Positions 1 through 6,587 of a stretch of DNA of 13,147 nucleotides are shown here, in pieces (the first letter of the stretch is position 1; the number at the start of each line of letters is the position of its first letter). A model generated the notes under the pieces. The model searched no databases. It worked only from the letters and a program-made list of their open reading frames with translations, and was not told the DNA's origin. Source of the DNA: Candidatus Omnitrophota bacterium (GTDB lineage: Bacteria; Ratteibacteria; UBA8468; MWAK01); contig JAZDPL010000042.1 in the NCBI GenBank assembly GCA_043797665.1, forward strand, positions 1-13,147, written 5' to 3'. The position numbers and the translations under genes were made by a program.

Positions 1-10
1 TTCGTACATA

Positions 11-1246
11 TCAGCCTCCTCCGGGGAGAGAAAACATTTCCTGATACGCAAGGCAGGCATTGCCTATCAGGACTGCGTTCTCGCCAAGTTTACCTTTTAC
101 TATCTCTATCTTTCTCCGTTTGTCTTTGAAGACCGCCTGCCGGAACTCTTTTTGAATCAAGGTAAGCAAGATACCCGGGTCCGCTTCGGCCACGTAGCCG
201 GTAAGAACGACCATGTCCGGGTCTGCATAATTCACGATGCCGGCGATGGCCCGGCCCAGGTGGTAACTCGCATCTCGAATAACCTGAAAGGCAACGCCAT
301 CTCCCTTTTTGGCTTCCTGAAAGACCATTTTCATCACCTGGCGTTCAGGCAGGTCAGATATCTTTGGTAAAGATTCTCTGACTCTTCTTAAGATAGCACT
401 TCCCGATGAGATGGTCTCTAAGCATCCCCGGCGGCCGCAGCGGCAGAGGGGACCATCCGGAAGGACTAAAGTATGGCCTATTTCGCCTTCCATCTGATGG
501 GTTCCGTAAAGGAGCCGGCCATCCAGGATGGTGGCAGAACCGATGCCGGCATCGATATCCACCGTAACCATGTGGCGGGAAGGTTTCCCCATGCCGAACC
601 AGTACTCAGCCAGAGCCATAGCCCGGCCTTCGTTATCTACAAACGTTGGCAGTCCCATTGTTTTTTCCAGGATACTTTTTACCGGAAGGTTACGCCACTT
701 CAGGTGCGCGGAATAGACCAACGAACCGATCTGACTATCTACTATTCCTTCGAAACTGGCACAGAGGGCACAAATCTTCTCTTTCGGGATAGAAAGTTGA
801 GAAAGAAGGTGTTCGGTCTGCTTTCTGAAGTTTTGAAAAACCGACTTCCGGCCCTTTTCCGGTCGTGTGGGATAGGAAATCTTCTTCTGGATGTTGCCTT
901 CAAGGTCTAAAATGGCTATCTTTGTCTCCAGGGCAAAGAAAGCAGCGCTAATTACATATCTGGTTTTTGGATTAAAGCGTAAGATAACGGGTGGGCGTCC
1001 AATTCCGGACTTGCCTTGACCCGCCGCCTTGATTACCCCCTGCTCTTTTAACCGCCTGGTGACGTTGACTATGGTCCCGGGGCTTAAGCCCGTCTTCCTG
1101 GAGATTTCCGCCTGGGAGATATTAGACTGATTTCGGATAAGGCTTAAGACCAGTCTGGTATTCCAGTCTTTCATGGAGTCGCGGTCAGCCGTTCTTTTCC
1201 CGTTGTTTCCTTCCCCGGGAAGGGGGAATAGGTTAATTTTATTCAT
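11..1246 (-). CDS. ROK family transcriptional regulator (NagC/XylR/Mlc-like)
   Basis: N-terminal wHTH (ISQAEISRKTGLSPGTIVNVTRRL...GRPP), then a ROK domain with VDNEGRAMALAE, GIGSATILDG and the Zn motif GEIGH...CRCGRRGCLE; 411 aa. Confidence 0.95.
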   Translation of the reverse strand: MNKINLFPLPGEGNNGKRTADRDSMKDWNTRLVLSLIRNQSNISQAEISRKTGLSPGTIVNVTRRLKEQGVIKAAGQGKSGIGRPPVILRFNPKTRYVISAAFFALETKIAILDLEGNIQKKISYPTRPEKGRKSVFQNFRKQTEHLLSQLSIPKEKICALCASFEGIVDSQIGSLVYSAHLKWRNLPVKSILEKTMGLPTFVDNEGRAMALAEYWFGMGKPSRHMVTVDIDAGIGSATILDGRLLYGTHQMEGEIGHTLVLPDGPLCRCGRRGCLETISSGSAILRRVRESLPKISDLPERQVMKMVFQEAKKGDGVAFQVIRDASYHLGRAIAGIVNYADPDMVVLTGYVAEADPGILLTLIQKEFRQAVFKDKRRKIEIVKGKLGENAVLIGNACLAYQEMFSLPGGG

Positions 1247-1254
1247 TGAATAAA
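1238..1254. promoter_or_regulatory. Palindromic operator, probable ROK autoregulation site
   Basis: Perfect 8-bp inverted repeat TTTATTCA-T-TGAATAAA (1238-1245/1247-1254) covering the ROK start codon and predicted transcription start; AT-rich palindromes are typical ROK operators. Confidence 0.6.
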
Positions 1255-1257
1255 TAA

Positions 1258-1286
1258 ATTCTACCGTAAAACTATCCTTTTGTCAA
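1258..1286 (-). promoter_or_regulatory. Sigma70-type promoter for the ROK gene
   Basis: Minus strand: TTGACA (1286-1281), 17-nt spacer, TAGAAT (1263-1258); ATG lies 11 nt after the -10 box. Confidence 0.75.
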
Positions 1287-1297
1287 GTCCTCATTTT

Positions 1298-1894
1298 TTA
1301 AATCCTGAATTTGGCTAACAGGTCAGCAACATCCTTCCTCACGCTGGCTGGATAGTGAATAACGTAATCCTCAGGATGTTGTTTGAAATTGTCCAAATTG
1401 CGAAAAGTGACAACGTTTCTTGGATTAACCCCTCGCCGATGCATCAGATATACGAAATCATAGAGCGCTTGTTTCCCGGGGGCAATCAAGGTATCACCAG
1501 GAGGAGAATATACCGGTTTCTTTACCGTTACAAAAACGAAGCGGCCCAACGGAGTTTTTCTCTCTCTGGAACGGTTATGTCGACGATCCGTAAAACAGGT
1601 AAATGTTGCAGGAACCTGCGTTATCATTCCATGCTGAAACAAAGCATAAACGGATGTTATGTATGCATGCGCATCCAGATACCGAACCAGGTCTGCCGGT
1701 GTTACCCCGTTCGGTACGCCGTAAATACCGCGTGCGTACCTTACAAGCGCACGGCGCTTGGTGAGCCGTTCCAATTCCACATTCAAAACATGATGAGACG
1801 TGTTGGCAATATTTGCCAGTTCAGCAACTGTGAAGAGCTTTTTTCCATGAACCAGCTGCTCGTCCAAATACTGTTGCCATTTCAAGGTCTTCAT
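1298..1894 (-). CDS. abiEi: AbiEi-like antitoxin (type IV/VII TA, N-terminal wHTH)
   Basis: wHTH FTVAEL...LERLTKRRALVRYARGIY; middle AYITSVYALFQHGMITQVP; C-terminal APGKQALYDFVYL resembling the AbiEi PEKALLD motif; starts 1 nt after the NTase stop codon. Confidence 0.8.
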   Translation of the reverse strand: MKTLKWQQYLDEQLVHGKKLFTVAELANIANTSHHVLNVELERLTKRRALVRYARGIYGVPNGVTPADLVRYLDAHAYITSVYALFQHGMITQVPATFTCFTDRRHNRSRERKTPLGRFVFVTVKKPVYSPPGDTLIAPGKQALYDFVYLMHRRGVNPRNVVTFRNLDNFKQHPEDYVIHYPASVRKDVADLLAKFRI

Positions 1895-1895
1895 G

Positions 1896-2678
1896 TTATT
1901 TCGCGGGTTTTATGCCTACCTTCTCCCGAATAATTTGTATACTTCTGTCAAATACCGTTTCCGCTCCTCCACCTTCTATAATCCGTTCGGCTACTTCGGT
2001 TGCGAACTGGGTCTCAATGATTTCTCCTATTGCCCGGACATAGCGTTTTCTTCCGTCCATCAATACTCTTAACCGATTAGAAACATTCGTGGAACTCAAG
2101 GACAATTTCACCAACTTTCTCGCTATTCTATCAGGAGTGTCCGGTCCAAATCGGTTCTGAAAAAGAAAAATGTCAACCAAATCACGTGTTTCCACATGTA
2201 TACGATTCAAAACGGCAATTATCTTGCTCTCGACCATGTCCGCTTCTGAAGCAGTCAGAAATACAACTCCGTCGCAGGTTTTCACAATCGGTGCATCAAG
2301 ACATTCGATACGCGTGATATCCACCGGGATCTCAATGCTACTTCCGGAGACATCCCTTTTGTAAAAAGCAAGTTCGATGATCTTGACGATATCAGATTCA
2401 GAGTCAGGACCAGTTGCCGGCCTCACCGTTCCTTCATAACCGTATTCTCGGTTCACTTCCGGAAGTAGCTTTGTTTTGAATAATACGATGAGTTCCTGTT
2501 GTTTTTCCTCCAGTCTTCCCTGCCAGTGATAATCCAAGTCAGTGGATGTGCGGGCGCTTGTATCCAACAGCCGGTATCTGAAGCCACCAATCAATAATAA
2601 CTGGTTCCCTGCCGGATTGGTGGCAACAATTTTCGCCGCCATTTTCTGTATTTCTTCAATAGTTTGTTGTCTGTCCAT
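1896..2678 (-). CDS. abiEii: AbiEii/AbiGii-family nucleotidyltransferase toxin (DUF1814-like)
   Basis: Pol-beta NTase signature LIGG...RTSTDLDY, later IPVDIT, and C-terminal KIIAVLNR...RDLVDI; GGTGA SD-like sequence upstream of the ATG. Confidence 0.85.
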   Translation of the reverse strand: MDRQQTIEEIQKMAAKIVATNPAGNQLLLIGGFRYRLLDTSARTSTDLDYHWQGRLEEKQQELIVLFKTKLLPEVNREYGYEGTVRPATGPDSESDIVKIIELAFYKRDVSGSSIEIPVDITRIECLDAPIVKTCDGVVFLTASEADMVESKIIAVLNRIHVETRDLVDIFLFQNRFGPDTPDRIARKLVKLSLSSTNVSNRLRVLMDGRKRYVRAIGEIIETQFATEVAERIIEGGGAETVFDRSIQIIREKVGIKPAK

Positions 2679-2691
2679 TCTATGTCACCAA

Positions 2692-2742
2692 ATACAACAT
2701 ATTTGTTGTATAATGTTACATCATACCTTCTTCGCTTGTCAA
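2692..2742 (-). promoter_or_regulatory. Putative TA promoter with inverted-repeat operator
   Basis: Perfect 8-bp IR ATACAACA-TATT-TGTTGTAT (2692-2711); minus-strand TTGACA at 2742-2737 with a weak -10 TAACAT (2718-2713) at 18-nt spacing. Confidence 0.5.
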
Positions 2743-2821
2743 TCTTCACACTGGAAAATCTTGTTCCTTTACCCAATACGGAATAGAACTGTCGGATGGT
2801 CTTGTCAGCAATAATTTATTT

Positions 2822-3598
2822 TCACGATTTCTTCAGTAAATTTTGGAGGTGTCCACAGAGGTCTGGGTCGTTCATCGCCGCGGTTCCAATCGCTACGGCA
2901 TTGGCGCCGGTTTCCAGCACCCTTTGCGCTCCTTCAATCTCTTTAACACCACCGCCCCCAATCAAAAACAGGCATCGGCCAACCAGCTTTTTCAACATCT
3001 GGAGCCCCGGAGAACCGGCTTCGGTATTTTCCACATTTACGTGGACAATAGGAGCGCCGCTTTTCGCTATAATATCCACCGCGGCTATGGTTTCAGAAAG
3101 CTCCTCCAGACCAATTTTGAAGATTACCGGAATATTCAGGGATTTAACCAGGTTTTCCGCCCATCTCTTCAAATGGTTGGAATTTTCGCGCCGACAGAGC
3201 GCGGAACCCAGGCCATCTTTTACAAACATCTCCATTTCGGAATGGGCACACAGAGAGGCGTAGTCAGCACCAGCCTCCTGAGCTGTTAGAAGGAAATCTA
3301 TGGCGTAAGAAATCTGGGTGCTTATTACACTTACTCCTACCCGGGCACCACTTTTTCGGGCCGCGATTACCTGTTCTTTTAAATAAGAACTGTAGTTAGT
3401 CCTTCCTGGTTTAAAGACAAAATGTGCCGGATAGGGAATTGCCTGACCTTCCTCCACAATATAGGTACCCATCATAACCAGAGCTGCACCTGCTCCATGC
3501 CCCGCGCAGTATGGGCCATCCCCATATCCGCCCAATTCTGCAAGTACCACGCCATTCTGTATTTCTGCAAATCTATTCCCCATGTTACCTCGTATCAC
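2822..3598 (-). CDS. Dus-like FMN-binding TIM-barrel protein (dihydrouridine synthase / MJ0144-like)
   Basis: VLAELGGYGD (cf. Dus LAPMAG.TD), GLGSAL, PVIFKI, VHV, LIGGGGV and GANAVAIGTAAM phosphate-binding motif. The start may be the ATG at 3583 rather than the GTG at 3598. Confidence 0.75.
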   Translation of the reverse strand: MIRGNMGNRFAEIQNGVVLAELGGYGDGPYCAGHGAGAALVMMGTYIVEEGQAIPYPAHFVFKPGRTNYSSYLKEQVIAARKSGARVGVSVISTQISYAIDFLLTAQEAGADYASLCAHSEMEMFVKDGLGSALCRRENSNHLKRWAENLVKSLNIPVIFKIGLEELSETIAAVDIIAKSGAPIVHVNVENTEAGSPGLQMLKKLVGRCLFLIGGGGVKEIEGAQRVLETGANAVAIGTAAMNDPDLCGHLQNLLKKS

Positions 3599-3631
3599 CC
3601 AACTTTTCCATACCTTCTTATTTTACCATAA

Positions 3632-3660
3632 TTGACCGCTCTTTCTACGAGTGCTAAAAT
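3632..3660 (+). promoter_or_regulatory. Sigma70-type promoter with extended -10
   Basis: TTGACC (3632-3637), 17-nt spacer, TG-C-TAAAAT (-10 at 3655-3660); AAGGAG SD at 3688-3693 before ATG 3701. Confidence 0.7.
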
Positions 3661-3700
3661 AGTCAGATTCTTTTTAGTCCTATTGAGAAGGAGAGCCGAT

Positions 3701-5506
3701 ATGCAAAAAGGATTTATTTTTGACCCCAGGATTATCCGTTCACCCTGGGCAGATTTTTACGGAAAAGAGATTGAAACATCCCTACAAGCCTACCCGGATA
3801 CTTACCTTAAAGAAATTAGCGCTGCCGGCTACAACGCCATCTGGCTCCACCTCGTTTTACGAGAAAGCGTGCCTTCCGGACTCTTTCCGGATAATGCCAC
3901 CAAAAAAAACCGGATATCCTGTCTGAACCGTCTGGTAGAAAAAGTGGGCCGATTCGGAATTAAGGTCTATTTCTACTTTTGCGAACCGCGCAGTCTGAAA
4001 CAGGAAGACCCATTCTGGAAAAACCACACGGAATTAAAGGGTCAGCCGATGACCTTTTCCGGACTGAGCAAAGAGTTTGACGGGTGTTATATCAGCCTCT
4101 GCACCAGTACCCCGGCGGTCAGGGAGTATTTAGAGGAGAGTGCTTATAATCTCTTCCGGGCGGTACCGGGTTTAGGCGGTGCGTTTCTGATTACCGCCAG
4201 CGAATTCCATACCCACTGCTACTCCCATTTTCCCCTGCCCCGGAAGAACTTTACGGAACCGGATATGGCAAAATGGGCCCAAATGAAATTTGTTTGTCCG
4301 CAGTGCGCCCGGCGCAAGCCAGCCCAGGTGGTTGCCGAAGTTATTACCCTGGTCAACCACGGCATCAAAAGCGCCTCTCCCCAGGCAAAGACCATCGCCT
4401 GGAGTTGGTCCTGGTATATCCTGGAACCAGACCCGCAAAAAACCCTGATTAACCTCCTGCCAAAAGATGTCATCCTGATGTCTGACTTAGAACGGGGCGG
4501 CTACATCTACCTGAACCACAAACGTTATCCCGTGGACGAATACAGTTTCTCCTGCATTGGTCCCTCGCCCAGATTCAAGAAACAGACGGCTCTCGCGAAG
4601 AAACGCGGGCTGAAAATGATGGCAAAGATTCAGGTCAGCGCCACCCACGAACTCCTCGCTATTCCTTACCTGCCGGTGCCGTATCTTTTAGCGGAAAAGA
4701 TGAAAAGAATGGCTTCTCTCAAGGTTGACGGCTACCTGGGCTGCTGGATCTTCGGCGGTGACCCATCGCCAATGTCCAGACTGGCCGGGATGATGTCCCG
4801 CTTGCCCCAGCCCTCACCCGGGGACGCGGTCAAGGAACTTGCCCGGTCAGAATTCGGAGAAAAAAGCGCCCGCTCTGTATGTAAAGCCTGGCGCAAATTT
4901 TCTGATGCCTTGCAGGAGTATCCTTTCAGCATTCCGTTTATCTACTGGGGACCCATCAACTATGCGTCTGCCTACCCTCTCTCCCTCAATCTTACCCGGG
5001 AACGCCGGATACCCAGCTTTCTTCCTCTCCCCCGCGACGAAAAAGGGCACCTGAAACTTAGCGACAACAATCCGGACGAATGGATTAAGCCCTTTACTTC
5101 CGGAGTAGTCGTTTCTGCCTTCCAGAGACTTTTGAAAGGCTGGGAAGAAGGGGTAGACCTCTTAAGGCAGACAATAGAAAAAGACAGGGAAAATCAGGCT
5201 ATTCAGAATGAACTGGTACTGGCTCGGCACATCGCTCTTTCGGTACGGAGTACCATTAACATCATCCGGTTTTATGACCTCCATCAGCGCTGGGAGAAGA
5301 ATAAGGCTCATCCGAATAGGGTTCTGTCTGCCAGGCTAAAAAAGATTCTGGAAGAAGAGATAGCGAACGCCCGGGAAGATAAAGAACTGGTCAAGGCTGA
5401 GCCACGTCTGGGTTTTCATCCGGAGGCACACGGCCATCTTTTCACGCCGGACGACCTTGACTACAAAATCTCCCTTGCCCAAGACACCCTCTCCCAATTA
5501 GGGTAG
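3701..5506 (+). CDS. Uncharacterised cytoplasmic protein, probable glycoside-hydrolase-like TIM barrel plus helical C-terminus
   Basis: Long ORF; start reassigned to ATG 3701 (SD present; the ORF-track TTG is the -35 box). GYNAIWLH...GIKVYFYFCEP pattern resembles GH (beta/alpha)8 barrels; HTHCYSH and CPQC motifs; no signal peptide. Confidence 0.6.
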   Translation: MQKGFIFDPRIIRSPWADFYGKEIETSLQAYPDTYLKEISAAGYNAIWLHLVLRESVPSGLFPDNATKKNRISCLNRLVEKVGRFGIKVYFYFCEPRSLKQEDPFWKNHTELKGQPMTFSGLSKEFDGCYISLCTSTPAVREYLEESAYNLFRAVPGLGGAFLITASEFHTHCYSHFPLPRKNFTEPDMAKWAQMKFVCPQCARRKPAQVVAEVITLVNHGIKSASPQAKTIAWSWSWYILEPDPQKTLINLLPKDVILMSDLERGGYIYLNHKRYPVDEYSFSCIGPSPRFKKQTALAKKRGLKMMAKIQVSATHELLAIPYLPVPYLLAEKMKRMASLKVDGYLGCWIFGGDPSPMSRLAGMMSRLPQPSPGDAVKELARSEFGEKSARSVCKAWRKFSDALQEYPFSIPFIYWGPINYASAYPLSLNLTRERRIPSFLPLPRDEKGHLKLSDNNPDEWIKPFTSGVVVSAFQRLLKGWEEGVDLLRQTIEKDRENQAIQNELVLARHIALSVRSTINIIRFYDLHQRWEKNKAHPNRVLSARLKKILEEEIANAREDKELVKAEPRLGFHPEAHGHLFTPDDLDYKISLAQDTLSQLG

Positions 5507-5554
5507 CCGCAGGCTCCCTTTCCAATCCGATGGAAAGGGGACCCGTAGCCTGCG
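5503..5554 (+). repeat. Nested hairpin, REP-like or terminator-like
   Basis: Inner stem CCCTTTCCA (5516-5524)/TGGAAAGGG (5531-5539); outer stem CGCAGGCT (5508-5515)/AGCCTGCG (5547-5554); preceded by GTAG (5503-5506). No U-tract. Confidence 0.6.
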
Positions 5555-5768
5555 CATCCAGATACCGAACCAGGTCTGTCGGTGTTACGCCGTTCGGTAC
5601 GCCGTAAATACCGCGTGCGTACCTTACAAGCGCACGGCGCTTGGTGAGCCGTTCCAATTCCACATTTAAAACATGGTGAGACGTGTTGGCAATATTTGCC
5701 AGTTCAGAAACTGTGAAGAGCTTTTTCCCATGAACCAGCTGCTATTCCAAATACTGTTGCCACTTCAT
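5551..5768 (-). pseudogene. Truncated, nonsense-inactivated copy of the abiEi 5' end
   Basis: 5551-5762 aligns without gaps to 1668-1879 with 8 mismatches in 212 nt (manual count); reads MKWQQYLE-stop because GAC GAG became GAA TAG. Confidence 0.92.
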
Positions 5769-5839
5769 GGCAAAATAAATATATTGCCGTGGGAAATTTT
5801 TTTGCATCAACTATGGTCGGGGAAAATATTGTAAAAAAT

Positions 5840-5876
5840 TTGACAAAAGAAGTATTCCGTGCCATAATTGTATACA
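5840..5876 (+). promoter_or_regulatory. Sigma70-type promoter plus GntR-type operator
   Basis: TTGACA (5840-5845), 17-nt spacer, TG-C-CATAAT (-10 at 5863-5868), immediately followed by the palindrome TGTATACA (5869-5876), which fits the GntR/FadR GT-Nx-AC pattern. Confidence 0.7.
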
Positions 5877-5903
5877 TAACATTGGCATGACAAAAGGGAT
5901 GGA

Positions 5904-6587
5904 ATGAAAACCAAGACAAGACAACTATCAAACAAAATCGTGGCGTTTCTTCTGGATACCGGACTGAACGGGAACGAAGAAATTAGTGAAGAGTCTATTG
6001 CAAAGCATTTCAGGGTGAGTCGCACGCCCGTACGTGAAGTGCTGAAACATTTGGAACATGAGGGAATTATCCAGACAAGGCGTAAAAAGGGAATTACTTT
6101 CAAAGAGTTTTCTCCGAGAGAAGTGAATGAGATTTATTTTGTGAGAAGTGCTGTGGAGGGAATAGCTGCACGGGAAGCCGTGCGAAATGTTAACCAGCAG
6201 GTTCTGCATCAACTTGAACTATATATAAAAAAGTATGAAGGAGCCTGCCAGAAAGGAGACAGAGCCGCCGGAGAAAGGGCTGACCGGCTTTTTCACGAAA
6301 AGGTAGCGGAACTTTCAGGTAACAGGTATTTAAACTGGCTGATGAAAAAAATAAGGATGCTTACCACCTCCTTTATGATAGCGGAGCGGTATTGCCATTC
6401 AAAAAAAGATTTGAATCCATATTCCCATGCCAGGATTGTAAAGGCTCTTGCAACGGGAGATCCTGATATTGCAGAGGAGGTGCTCCAAAAACATATTCTA
6501 TGGTCCAAAGACTCATTTCTGAAACTTAGATCAAAAAAGGAAAAAAGAAGAATAAAAACGAAAAAAAAGGAAAGGGAAAAAAAATGA
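5904..6587 (+). CDS. GntR family transcriptional regulator (FCD domain)
   Basis: HTH SEESIAKHFRVSRTPVREVLKHLEHEGII; FCD motifs EIYFVRSAVEG, DRLFHEKVAELSGNRYL, HARIVKAL...H. Confidence 0.95.
   Translation: MKTKTRQLSNKIVAFLLDTGLNGNEEISEESIAKHFRVSRTPVREVLKHLEHEGIIQTRRKKGITFKEFSPREVNEIYFVRSAVEGIAAREAVRNVNQQVLHQLELYIKKYEGACQKGDRAAGERADRLFHEKVAELSGNRYLNWLMKKIRMLTTSFMIAERYCHSKKDLNPYSHARIVKALATGDPDIAEEVLQKHILWSKDSFLKLRSKKEKRRIKTKKKEREKK

Noticed and set aside
152..3631. Plus-strand ORFs (e.g. 473-910, 1355-1933, 2796-3263, 2843-3289)
   Set aside because: Antisense to well-supported minus-strand genes and without recognisable motifs.
3632..3700. TTG start giving a 624-aa protein
   Set aside because: The TTG is the -35 box of a well-formed promoter; ATG 3701 has an SD.
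5442..5663. 73-aa minus-strand ORF resembling AbiEi
   Set aside because: Internal piece of the pseudogene downstream of the nonsense codon, running into the hairpin and antisense to the upstream gene; no evident SD.
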